Positions 22,555-33,318 of a stretch of 64,000 nt of DNA are shown here, piece after piece. The notes below the pieces were generated by a model. It saw nothing but the letters and a program-made list of their open reading frames with translations, was not told the origin of the DNA and made no database searches. The DNA is from an uncultured Acidimicrobiia bacterium (lineage in GTDB: Bacteria; Acidobacteriota; Terriglobia; Versatilivoradales; Versatilivoraceae), in the NCBI GenBank assembly GCA_963786955.1, contig CAWBAT010000006.1, positions 1 through 64,000 of the forward strand, written 5' to 3'. A program made the translations under genes and the position numbers. How positions within the stretch are numbered: the first letter of the stretch is position 1; each line of letters opens with the position of its first letter.

Positions 22555-22790
22555 TTGAAACGACTCTTTCGATCCCTCCTTTATATCGCGCTGATGATTC
22601 TAGCCTGTTTTCCGGTTTCATTCATTCTCACTTTTTTGCTCATGCCGCTCTGGTCCTGGGTGGAAGCCAGGTTCGGGATTGAATCTGTTGGTCATTCGAC
22701 CCGGCGGATTGGTGTTTTTGGGTTGTTTAGTCCCTGCTCCTTCTTGGCCTGCTTTTCTTCTTTCAGCTTCATCGGATAAGAAAGTCTCTT
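22555..22790 (+). CDS. Small membrane protein (probable frameshift near 22700; end approximate)
   Basis: GGAG SD and TTG start; TM segment followed by PLWSWVEARFGIESVGHS, continuing as PADWCFWVV in another frame. Confidence 0.5.
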
Positions 22791-22866
22791 CACACGAATC
22801 TGGCGTAGACTGCCGTATGGCGGAATTTTCGAAGCATTCGCTCTGCCCGTCCGGCTTGCAGTGCAA

Positions 22867-22944
22867 GGTGGAACGTGCGATCCCTCGCGCGTTGCCTCGC
22901 CAGCCGAGCCTCCCGACGAGCGCGCGCGGGATGTCCGCTCCACC
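22867..22944. repeat. REP-like imperfect hairpin
   Basis: ggtggaacgtgcgatccctcgcgcg ... cgcgcgcgggatgtccgctccacc, between convergent genes. Confidence 0.55.
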
Positions 22945-22993
22945 CAACTTGTTGCCTAGCGGTGACTGCGATGATCCGATAGACCATCATGCA

Positions 22994-23701
22994 TTAAAGC
23001 TGATTTCTTTCGGCAAAACTGTAGTAAGAATTGGCCCCGATGATGAGATGATCGAGCAGGTGGAGTTCCATGAGATGGCAGGCCGAATTTAGATCACCGG
23101 TAATCTTATGGTCCTCCGGGCTGGGCTCCGGAACTCCAGACGGGTGATTGTGAGCGGCAATCAAGGCAGCAGCTCCCAGAGCCAAAGCTCGTTTCACGAT
23201 TTCCCGCGGAAAAACGCTGGCAGTGTCGATGGTTCCATGGAAAAGTTCTTCGATGGCCAGGACGCGGTGTTTGGTGTCGAGGAATATGACGGCAAATATT
23301 TCCTGACCTCGATCCCTCAAGCGCTGGGCGAGGAGCTGAAAGACATCATGTGCACATTCCACAAATTCAGTCCGGCTGATTTTCTCCTCCAGCCAACGCC
23401 AATTCAGTTCAGCCACTGCCCGCAAAGTGGCAATCTTGGCATCTCCTAATCCTTTGACCTGTTTGAGTTCGTTGGAAGAGGCTTTAAATAGTCCTCGCAA
23501 TCCTCCGAACTGACGAAGAATCTCCCGAGCCATATTTACCACATTCTTCCCTCGCACTCCCACCCGCAAAAAGATGGCCAGCAATTCCGCATCGCTGAGC
23601 GCTTCCGGCCCCTGCCGGAGCAAGCGCTCGCGCGGACGTTCCGCCTCAGGCCAATAACTGACCCAATTTTCATGGACGACTCGCTTGGATTGGATAGTCA
23701 T
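22994..23701 (-). CDS. radC: RadC-like JAB domain protein
   Basis: ERPRERLL..GPEALSDAELLAIFL, HhH motif VKGLGDAK, AHNHPSG.PEPS..D and LLDHLII. Confidence 0.95.
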   Translation of the reverse strand: MTIQSKRVVHENWVSYWPEAERPRERLLRQGPEALSDAELLAIFLRVGVRGKNVVNMAREILRQFGGLRGLFKASSNELKQVKGLGDAKIATLRAVAELNWRWLEEKISRTEFVECAHDVFQLLAQRLRDRGQEIFAVIFLDTKHRVLAIEELFHGTIDTASVFPREIVKRALALGAAALIAAHNHPSGVPEPSPEDHKITGDLNSACHLMELHLLDHLIIGANSYYSFAERNQL

Positions 23702-24218
23702 TGCTTTTCAAAGTGACAAGCTGGTTTTTGGCAACCACTCGGCACTGGAGATACATCCCTTGATTAAAGTGTCTATCAAGCATGTCATTTGCCGTGGCTC
23801 GAGGAGCGCAATGCCTCTGGACTGCCCCGTCCATGGCTCGATGCATCACAAGCCGCGAAACCGATGCGTCCGGCACGAATGCCTCCCACAACTAACCGGA
23901 TGGATTCTGATCACTGATATCTAGTAGTGTACCCTTGCGTTTTCACAATTGGAAGCAGGTTCTTGCAGGGACATCTTGGCGGGAGATATGGCAGTAAAAT
24001 CTCGTTTGGCCCGGATCTTGAAGATGATAGAGTAACTCAAGATTACTCGGCGGGGAAAACCCACAACTCCTGCCTCCAGACCCAGAAATAGAGAGCAAAG
24101 GACTACTGAGGCAACTTGGAGATTTTGGAGATTAAGAATCGTGGGAAAAATAAAAATCAAACCAAGGCGGGTTAACTGAGCCGCTCCCTGCAAAGGATTT
24201 CATTAACATCGGAAAATC

Positions 24219-24947
24219 ATGCACCTGAAGAAGATCAAGCTTTTTGTCGATCAGTTCCCCACCCGGGATCATTACCCCTTCAACCTGGAAGTTTTGCTTC
24301 AGACTGAAGTCCTGGAGTTTGAAACCCCGGTGACTTTGTTGGTCGGGGAAAATGGGACCGGCAAGTCTACCCTGCTGGAAGCAATGGCGCATGTTTGCGG
24401 GATTCACCTCTGGCGGGAGCCAGCTTTTTTTCGCAAAAAGTCGAGTCCTTTCGAAGACCAGTTGTTCCGCTACATTAAACCGGAATGGAGTGAAGCAAGG
24501 GTCGTGGGGTCCTACTTTGGCTCCGCTTTTTTCCACGATTTCGCGCGGATGGTGGATGAATGGGCCTATGCTGATCCCGGCCAGCTGAAATATTTTGGCG
24601 GAAAGTCTCTGACCTCACAATCGCATGGCCAATCGCTGCTTTCCTTTTTCAAGGCCCGCTATCAGATTAAGGGGCTTTACCTGGTGGACGAACCCGAGAC
24701 CGCGCTTTCCCCTAGGAGCCAGCTGGAACTCTTACGACTGCTCGGAGAAGCAGCAAAATTCGGTCTGGCTCAATTTATCATTGCCACTCACTCCCCGATC
24801 CTCATGACGTGTGCGGGGGCCACCATTTTCAGCTTTGATCATCAGCCTGTCCGGGTGTTGCCCTATGAGGAGACCGGGCATTACCAGTTATACCGGAGGT
24901 TTTTGTCAGATCCTGCCGCGTTTTTGGCAGGGCCCCTCGGCACTTAG
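24219..24947 (+). CDS. Predicted ABC-type/AAA ATPase (COG3910-like)
   Basis: GENGTGKST Walker A, SHGQS signature, LVDEPETALSP Walker B and IIATHSP. Confidence 0.9.
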   Translation: MHLKKIKLFVDQFPTRDHYPFNLEVLLQTEVLEFETPVTLLVGENGTGKSTLLEAMAHVCGIHLWREPAFFRKKSSPFEDQLFRYIKPEWSEARVVGSYFGSAFFHDFARMVDEWAYADPGQLKYFGGKSLTSQSHGQSLLSFFKARYQIKGLYLVDEPETALSPRSQLELLRLLGEAAKFGLAQFIIATHSPILMTCAGATIFSFDHQPVRVLPYEETGHYQLYRRFLSDPAAFLAGPLGT

Positions 24948-25016
24948 GCTTCGCAAACACCATTACCTGCTGGATACTGAGGAGGAATCGCCGGCTCATC
25001 TTGAAAGGGGAAACAG

Positions 25017-27007
25017 ATGGGAATCACTTCTGACATCATTCTAATTATTGTCGCTGGATTCCTCGGGGGACTGCTGGCCAACAAGCTGCGACAACCTTTG
25101 ATCCTCGGCTATATTCTCGCCGGGATTGCCGTTGGTCCCTATACTGGCGGCGCCACGGTTACGGAGATTCATCAGATTGAATTGCTGGCGGAAATCGGCG
25201 TGGCGCTGCTTCTTTTTGCGCTAGGCCTGGAATTTTCCTTCCGTTCGCTCAAACCAGTATGGCGCATCGCTCTACTGGGAACGCCTATCCAACTTTTGTT
25301 GACCATCTTCCTCGGATATGGACTGGGTCGTTGGATGAACTGGGGATGGGTGGAATCCCTCTGGTTCGGGGCCGCCATTTCCGTATCGAGCACCATGGTT
25401 CTTTTGAAGACCTTGATGAACCAGGGACGCATGGGAACGCTCTCCAGCCGCGTCATGATTGGAATGCTGATTGTCCAGGATTTGGCCCTGGTTCCCATGC
25501 TGATCCTCCTACCACAGCTGGCCAAATCTTCTCTTAATTATCTGGATCTAAGCCTCTCGCTGGCCAAGGCTGCCCTCTTCATTTTGGCATTGTGGGTGGC
25601 TGGTATGAGGATCATTCCCTTCGTCTTGAGGAAGGTCGCGGGTGGAAATCGCGGGAGCTCTTCCTGCTTTGTATCACCGGGCTGGGATTGGGGATTGGGT
25701 ATGCCACCTATTTGTGCGGCCTTTCGTTCGCGTTTGGGGCCTTTGTCGCGGGATTGGTGCTGAGCGAATCCGATTATGGCCATCAAGCATTGAGCGATAT
25801 CATTCCACTGCGAGATCTGTTTGGACTCCTCTTCTTTGTTTCCGTGGGAATGCTTTTGGATCCCCGATTTCTCTGGAATCACCTCTTAGCGGTTCTGACA
25901 TTCACTTTCATTATTTCTTTGGGCAAGGGGATCCTCTTCGCCTCTTTGGTGAGACTCTTCAAATACCGCAATGTCATCCCATTGGCCGCAGGACTTGGAT
26001 TGTTTCAAATAGGGGAATTCTCATTTGTCTTGGGACGAGCGGGTCAACAGGCAAAAGTTTTTCCCGCGGAGGCCTACTCCCTGCTGCTGACCACAGCTGT
26101 AGTCACCATGTTGTTTACTCCTCTCCTCTCCGGCTTCACTGCCCCGTTGTATGCCTGGCGAAGACGGTTTTCCAAACGTGAAGCGTTGCAGACGGTGAAT
26201 CTCCCGGACGCCGCTCTTAGCCATCATGTTGTGATTGTAGGCGCCGGACGGGTAGGACAGCAAATTGCTCAGGCCCTGGCCCGTCTAAGGCTTTCTTTTG
26301 TGGCAGTGGATGCAGATCAATTCAGCTTTGAACAATGCAAGAACCTGAAGTTTCCCGCAATTTATGGGGATGCCACGCATGAATTGGTCCTTGAGGCAGC
26401 ACGGCCCGCCCATGCCCGGCTGCTGTTGGTAACAACTCCTTCCATGGCCATCACTCGGGGTGTCATTGAATCCGCCAGGCATTTGTCGCCCACTCTTCCC
26501 ATCATCGCCCGTGCCGAAGGAATCCAACAGGTGCTCGACCTCAACCGGGCCGGCGTAAAACAGGTGGTCCAACCGGAGTTTGAAGCAGGGTTGGAAATGA
26601 CCCGGCAAGCCTTAATACATCTGGATGTTCCAAATCGGGAGATCCAGTCTTACTTGGATGCCGTGCGGCAGGAAGTGTATGCACCGTTGGATCAGCAGGA
26701 TCATGACCACGTTCTGATGAATCGCCTGCGCAGCGTTATTCGCACCTTGGATTTAGACTGGCTTAGTATCCCGCTTGGCAGTCCCATAGACGGCAAAACA
26801 CTGGGCGCTTCCGACATTCGCACTCGTACCGGCATATCCGTGGTGGCCGTGGTGCGCGAGAATCGGGTGGAACCCAATCCTCCGGTGGAGTTTGAATTAA
26901 GAGAAGGAGACTGGCTGGGAGTATTGGGGACCCGGGAACAACGCCTTAGTTTGGAGCATTTGCTTCAACCCAACGGGACCGAGCTGGATTCAAATGGGCG
27001 CGGTTAG
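25017..27007 (+). CDS. CPA2 cation:proton antiporter with TrkA-N and TrkA-C domains (frameshift near 25640)
   Basis: [45 protein letters not shown] (RCK-N) and [12 protein letters not shown] (RCK-C). Confidence 0.92.
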
Positions 27008-27170
27008 AATCCGCGCGGGATACTGAGTGCGCAGCAGCAACAGGAGAGAAATTTTGGACGATGTCCCTTTTTTTGGCTAAATAGCGATTGAATGGTTGCA
27101 TCCCTATAGTTTTTTCAATACTCTCTCCCCAAGAGCCGCAGGATGGCCGTCAGGAGGTGCGGGGAGCGTC

Positions 27171-28412
27171 ATGATCTACTTTACCGAGATTGACCACCTT
27201 CCGGTACATGGCATCCAGGGGGAATACATTGGACGCCTGGTTGATCTGGGCATCAATCCCAGCTATGATCCGCAAAAAGTCTATACCTTCATCATCAAAT
27301 CCCTGACCGGTGAATTATTTGAACTGGCTCACGACCAAATCCAGACTCTCTCGGTCCGTTCGGTCCAGTGCGGGCTCTCACGCGCGGAAATCCAGCCTCA
27401 CTCCCCCGCCCCTGGAATTATGCAGATCAAAAAAGATATCTTGGACCAACAAATCATCGACACCAACCAACGGCGGGTGGTGCGGGTGAATGATATCGAA
27501 TTTGACATCCGGCCCATGGATGGACATGTGGATTTGCGGATTTTATCGGTGGAGGTGGGATGGGGCGCTGGCATTCGACGTCTATTGCAGGGGACGATGG
27601 CCAAATATCTGATCCGGCGTTTATCTCAGCGGTTTCCGCCGCAGAGCATTCCCTGGGAATTTGTCAACCTGATTGAGCCGGATCCTTCGCGGAGGGTCCG
27701 GCTGAAAATTTCCTATGATAAATTGTCCCACATGCATCCTGCTGATTTGGCGGATATTTTGCAGGAATTGAGTGTGCAGGACCAGCAATCCGTCATCGAA
27801 TCTTTGGATAATGATGTGGCCGCGAGAACCCTGTCAGAAATTTCCCATCATTCCAAACTGCTGTTGTTCCGAGGCCTGGGAGTGGAAAGGGCCGCCGACA
27901 TCGTGGAGGAAATGCCCCCGGAAAAAGCGGCTGACCTGCTGCAGGATTTACCGTCGGCGACTTCGGCCGCCCTATTGGCCCAGATGGAGGCGCCCGAGGC
28001 CCAGGAAGTTCAAGAATTGTTGGAGTATGGAAAAAACACGGCGGGCGGATTGATGACCACGGATTTCCTCTCTTTGAGGGACTCCGGTCAGGTGCAGGAT
28101 TTTCTTGCCGCGGTGAAAGATTACCCGGGACCCCCGAATGCCCTGCAGACCATCTATCTGTTGAATTCCCAGTCCATGCTGATCGGCGCAATTCCGCTCA
28201 ACCGGCTGCTCCTGCCAGAAAAGACGAAAGTGTTGCGTGATCTAGCAGACATTTCCGTGGTGACCGCCAATCCTGAAGATGACACCAAAAAAGTCGCCAG
28301 CTTGTTCCGGAAATACAATCTGCTGAATCTGCCGGTGGTCGATGACGATTTTCGTGTGCTGGGTGTCATTACCGCGGATGCCATGTTTGAAGCGTTAGTC
28401 AAGGAAGGTTGA
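27171..28412 (+). CDS. Soluble MgtE-type protein (PRC-barrel-like + MgtE_N + CBS pair, no membrane domain)
   Basis: ILDQQIIDTNQRRVVRVND, MHPADLADIL, TAGGLMTT and KYNLLNLPVVD...LGVITAD; the ORF ends right after the second CBS domain. Confidence 0.88.
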   Translation: MIYFTEIDHLPVHGIQGEYIGRLVDLGINPSYDPQKVYTFIIKSLTGELFELAHDQIQTLSVRSVQCGLSRAEIQPHSPAPGIMQIKKDILDQQIIDTNQRRVVRVNDIEFDIRPMDGHVDLRILSVEVGWGAGIRRLLQGTMAKYLIRRLSQRFPPQSIPWEFVNLIEPDPSRRVRLKISYDKLSHMHPADLADILQELSVQDQQSVIESLDNDVAARTLSEISHHSKLLLFRGLGVERAADIVEEMPPEKAADLLQDLPSATSAALLAQMEAPEAQEVQELLEYGKNTAGGLMTTDFLSLRDSGQVQDFLAAVKDYPGPPNALQTIYLLNSQSMLIGAIPLNRLLLPEKTKVLRDLADISVVTANPEDDTKKVASLFRKYNLLNLPVVDDDFRVLGVITADAMFEALVKEG

Positions 28413-28485
28413 TGAAATTTCGTACCCGTCAGATGGGATCGGCAGTTGCCTCAATTGGGAAATGAAGTCAGGGTGATCAACTTAT

Positions 28486-29787
28486 ATGATTGCGGGGGAC
28501 CAGTCGGTCATGGGGAACTGGAAAATGAATCGAGAACGTCTATTACTCTTCCGAAAAAACTTGCTGATTTTTTTTAGTGTCGTCGGACCGGGCATCATCA
28601 CCGCTAATGTTGACAACGATGTGGGCGGAATCTTTACCTATTCCGTGGCCGGGGCAAGATATGGCTATTCTTTGCTTTGGTCCCTCATCCCTATTACCGT
28701 TGCCTTGGTTGTGGTCCAGGAGATGGTGGCGCGAATGGGGGTTGTCACGGGCAAGGGCTTGTCGGACCTGATCCGCGAGGAATACGGTTTTCGCATCACC
28801 TTTTTTCTCATGGGTCTCCTGGTGTTGGCCAACCTGGGCAATACCATTTCAGAATTTGCCGGGCTGGCTTCGGGGATGGCGGTTTTTGGAATCAGCCGTT
28901 TTGTTGCGGTTCCACTGGGCGCCATTCTGGTCTGGTTTATCGTGGTCAAAGGGACCTACCGCTCCGTTGAAAAGGTGTTCCTGTTTGCCTGTTTCTTTTA
29001 TGTCTCTTATTTGATCTCAGGTTTTCTGGCCAAACCCAATTGGAACCATGCACTGATTAGTACGGTTGTCCCTTTCTTTCAGGGCAATAGCGGTTATCTT
29101 TACATGTTGATTGGCATCATTGGGACGACGATCGCCCCGTGGATGCAGTTCTACCTGCAGTCCGCGGTGGTGGAAAAAGGAATTCCGCTGAAAAATTACC
29201 GCCAATCCCGCTGGGACGTGATCATTGGCTGCATCGTAGCTGTAGTGGTGGCATTTTTCATTGTCTTGGCCTGTGCCGCCACATTATATGTCAGCGGACA
29301 CCACGAAATTGCGGATGCTGGCGACGCCGCGATCGCCTTGCGTCCTTTGGCCGGTGAGGCCGCCAGTGCGTTATTTGCCTTTGGCCTCATCAATGCCGCT
29401 CTTTTTTCCGCTTCGATTTTGCCTCTGGCTACAGCTTATTCAGTGTGCGAAGGCTTGGGGTTGGAGTTGGGAGTCAACAAACGGATGAGTGAGGCCCCCG
29501 CTTTTTATTTCCTCTATACCAGCCTGGTGGTAGCAGGTGCTTTTGTAATCCTGGTCATTCCCGAAAAAATGCAAATCCCTATTATCCTGCTTTCCCAGGT
29601 GGCCAATGGAGTCCTGCTTCCATTCGTTTTGATCTTCATGCTTTTCCTCTGCAACCGGAAAGATTTGATGGGTGAATATACCAATGGAAGAACCTTCAAT
29701 ATCATTGCCTGGGCGACCACCATTGTGTCAATTTCCTTGACAGTTCTGCTGGTGCTGAGCGCGCTTTTCCCACGCTGGTTTTCCTAA
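28486..29787 (+). CDS. NRAMP/SLC11 family divalent metal transporter, NRMT-like (start may be 28510 or 28525)
   Basis: GPGIITANVDNDVGG, QEMVARMGVVTGKGL, GTTIAPWMQFYLQS and SQVANGVLLP. Confidence 0.92.
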   Translation: MIAGDQSVMGNWKMNRERLLLFRKNLLIFFSVVGPGIITANVDNDVGGIFTYSVAGARYGYSLLWSLIPITVALVVVQEMVARMGVVTGKGLSDLIREEYGFRITFFLMGLLVLANLGNTISEFAGLASGMAVFGISRFVAVPLGAILVWFIVVKGTYRSVEKVFLFACFFYVSYLISGFLAKPNWNHALISTVVPFFQGNSGYLYMLIGIIGTTIAPWMQFYLQSAVVEKGIPLKNYRQSRWDVIIGCIVAVVVAFFIVLACAATLYVSGHHEIADAGDAAIALRPLAGEAASALFAFGLINAALFSASILPLATAYSVCEGLGLELGVNKRMSEAPAFYFLYTSLVVAGAFVILVIPEKMQIPIILLSQVANGVLLPFVLIFMLFLCNRKDLMGEYTNGRTFNIIAWATTIVSISLTVLLVLSALFPRWFS

Positions 29788-29840
29788 AAAAACACGCGGC
29801 TGTTCAAAATTTCTCCCCGCAAACCCCCTCCTCATCCGAG

Positions 29841-30200
29841 TTGAGTTTTACCCACAATTTTTTGACGCTAGGGGGGGCGAGAGAGCTGGTCCGAGCTAAT
29901 CGCCAGCCGAAGGTAATATCTTTTAAGCGTTGGAGGCCTCGCCAAATGGTGACAGTTCCTGGATGTCTTTTGCCCTTGCGTGCTAAGAAGCCGCCCAACT
30001 TGGCCACCATCCGGATCGCCTCTCCCAAGGTGAGGTCGGGGGGCGGCAAAATCGCTTGCTGTTGGTCGATGGCAAACAAGGCTTCCACTTCTTCTTGCGA
30101 GAAGACCGTGAGGGCCGGCAGTGGGGGAGTTTCCCGGTTGAGTTTGGTCAGCACGTGAATTCGCCGGGCCACCAACAGGAATAAAAGCCCAGGCAGCGCT
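29841..30200 (-). mobile_element. IS4 family (IS50/Tn5-like) transposase 3' remnant with one terminal repeat
   Basis: TLGEAIRMVAKLGGFLARK..PGTVTIWRGLQRL is the Tn5-type dimerisation region. TTGAGTTTTACCCACAATT (29841-29859) matches the Tn5 outer end CTGACTCTTATACACAAGT at 13/19 positions. Confidence 0.85.
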
Positions 30201-30419
30201 TGTGTTTGACAAAATCGTTTAGCCGACGGTTTTCCGCCGTCCGCCTGTGCCCGCCCAGCCGGCGCTTTCGGCGGTGACGGCGGCACACAAGCGCCCTACC
30301 TCTGGGAGATTATCCTGGTATTTTTCCTCCCACTTTAACTTGTACCCTATCCGACATCATGGGTTGCCGTTGCTTGCCTTATTTGATATAAACGGGTTTG
30401 ATTTTTGTTAGGAGAATCC

Positions 30420-33195
30420 ATGAGCCCAGCCTACAAAGCACCCAAAGCCGATGCTCCCAAGATCCCACCCCCGCATGATGGCGCACCACCGATGAGGATG
30501 AGATCAACAAGCGCCGTTTGCGGGCCCAGGCCGAACAATTTGTCATTGCGAATTGCGACCCCGCCTATCCCATCTATTCCAACTTCCGGGTCCGATCCAA
30601 GAGCGGCCTGGAATATGCAGTGGAAATCCGCGATCTCGAACAAAAACGCCACAGCTGCACGTGCGTCGATTTCCAGGTGAATGGATTGGGGACGTGCAAA
30701 CACATTGAAGGAGTTCTGGCGTATTTGGAGGCACGCTTCCCGCGGCTCTTCAAAGCTGCCCGGGTGGACCGCTCTCCCCGTTTTGAAGTGGTACCGGATC
30801 CTGGCGAGGGAACGCTAACGATCGAAAATCCGGAAAAGCCGTTGCCTATTCCGCTCCGGCGTTTTTTCGACAAGGGACGGCTGCGGAAGAGCTGGGATTG
30901 CGAAGAGGCGGTTCAATGGTTCGAAGCCAATTCTCCCCAGGAAGTTCGAATTTCCCAGGAGGTCCGCGCCTGGCTGGAGAACGGGCGCCGGGACGCCGAG
31001 CGCAAGGAGTTGCGCCGCGAATACGAGTTGAAGGTTCACAGCGGCGAATGGCCGGCGCACGAGACGCGCGTGCCGCTGTTCCCCTATCAGCGCGAAGGCA
31101 TGTTGCATCTGGCTTTCACCGAACGCGCGTTGCTGGCCGACGAAATGGGCCTCGGCAAAACCATCCAGGCCATCGCCGCGTGCGCGTTGCTGCGGCGGCT
31201 GGGCCGGGCGCAGCCGCGTGCTGGTCGTCACGCCCGCGTCGCTCAAGGGCGAGTGGGAGGAGCAGATCCGGCAGTTCACCGACCTGCCGACGCGGCTCGT
31301 GTTCGGCGGGTTGCGCCGCGCGGCGCGAAGCTTACGAAGCGGGCACCGTTTTTCACCGTCGTCAACTACGAGCAGATGATCCGCGATGCGCTGGAGGTGA
31401 ACGCGCGGTTCCGGCCCGACGTGGTCGTGCTCGACGAAGCCCAGCGCATCAAGAACTGGAACACGCAAGACCGCCCAGGCCATCAAGCGGCTGCAAAAGC
31501 CGTTACGCCTTCATCCTCACCGGCACGCCCATCGAGAACCGCATTGACGAACTGTATTCGCTGATGGATTTCCTCGAACCCCGCGTGCTCGGGCCGCTGT
31601 TCCGCTTCAATCGCGACTTTTATCAGTTCGACGAACGCGGGCGGCCCAGCGGCTACCGCGAATCTGGCCCGGCTGCACGAGCGCATCGCGCCCTACATGC
31701 TGCGCCGCCGCAAGAGCGACGTGGAAACCGAATTGCCCGACCGCACCGACCGCCAGCATTTCGTGAAGCTCACTGAGCCGAGCAGCAAGTGGCCTACGAC
31801 GAGCGCCACGAGGTCGTGTGCCCGGCTGGCGGCGCTCGCCAAGCGCCGTCCGCTCACGCAGCAGGAGCAGGACCGGCTCATGGCGAACCTGGCCATGATG
31901 CGGATGATTTGCGACACGACCTACATCCTCGATCCGGAAGGTCGCGCGACTGCCCGAAGCTGGCCGAGTTGGAGAAGTCTTGGAGGAATGCCGCGAGAAC
32001 GAAGGCGTGAAAGTGATCGTGTTCTCCGAATGGGAGCGGATGCTCGAACTGGTGCGGGACCTTTGTCGGCGAGCTGAAACTCGGTTTCGCCTGGCACACC
32101 GGCTCGCGTGCCGCAGCAGAGGCGGCGCGCGGAGATCAACGCCTTCAAGAGCGACCCGAACTGCCGCGTGTTTCTCAGCACCGATTCCGGCGCGACCGGG
32201 CTGAACCTCCAGAACGCCAGCGTGGTCGTGAATTGCGATCTGCCGTGGAATCCGGCCAAGCTCGAACAACGCATCGCCCGCGCCTGGCGCAAACATCAGA
32301 CCCGCCCCGTCACCGTCATCAATCTCGTCGCGGAAAACACGATCGAGCATCGCATGTTGGAGACGCTGGCCAACAAGCAGGCGCTGGCCGACGGCGTGCT
32401 GGACCACAAGGGCGACCTTGAAAAGATATCCTTTCGTGGAGGACGGCAAGCCGCCATGGAACGGTTGGAGCAGCTATTGGGAAGTGCGGCGTTGAAGACA
32501 CCGCCGCCAGCGCCGGCCAGGCCCTCCGATCCCAGCCTGGCGTTCAGGCCAGGAAGCCGCGCGCCTGCTGGGACCCCGCCTCTTGCGCTGTGAAGAACGA
32601 TTCCAGATTTCCAGTTCCCAATCCATGCTGCTGTTGGTGGTGGAACAGAATTCCACCATCGTTCGAGAACAGCTTGCGCCTGTTTATGAGAAATTTTTTG
32701 GCCCCACGGCCCAGTCCTCCGGCGAAGCGCCTTTTTGGGAAGTGGTCGACCGGAGCACCGACGAGGCCTTGCAGCGGATGATTCAAAGCGGGATCATCAC
32801 CCCGCAAGTCCGCGCCACCCGTCCCCTCTATCCAGTGCTTGAGCCGGAGAGCTTGCGGCAATCCCTCTCTCCCCAGGAAAAAGAGCGAGCCAATGGGCAC
32901 CGCGGACAGGCAGCTCGCAAATTTAAAATGGCCCAGCTGCTTTTTCAAGGTGAACTATTAGAAGAGGCCCGCCAGGCGTTGGAGGAAGGTTTGCATTGTC
33001 TCGGTCGCGCAATGGCGGTGGAACAACGCCAGGATGAGCCAGCCGATTTAAAGACGTGTCTCCTTCCACCGCTGGCACACGCTTGGATAAGAAAGTCAAG
33101 GCTTGGTCCGCCGGTTTGTGGAGGACCCTCAACAGTTGCTTGATCCTGTCCTTCAACAACTGAACAAGCTAGTGACCATCGGCGCGGCGGATTAG
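30420..33195 (+). CDS. SWIM zinc finger + SNF2-family helicase (many frameshifts)
   Basis: CTC...GTCKH SWIM motif; LFPYQREG, LADEMGLGKT, VLDEAQRIKN, LTGTPIEN, MLRRRK, VFSEW, GLNLQ and QRIARAWR helicase motifs. Confidence 0.88.
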
Positions 33196-33318
33196 AGACT
33201 CCGCACTTTGCCCCAATAAAGAGAAAGGGAACATACCAAGCCCATGCCCAAAAAAAATATTACCCGCAAAAACTAAGAGTGTGGATCGATTCCACCAGGT
33301 TTCTCCCGAGGTTTTCCT

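Noticed and set aside
27008-27170. M-box (ykoK) Mg2+ riboswitch upstream of the MgtE-like gene
   Set aside because: I could not recognise the conserved M-box sequence or a terminator here.
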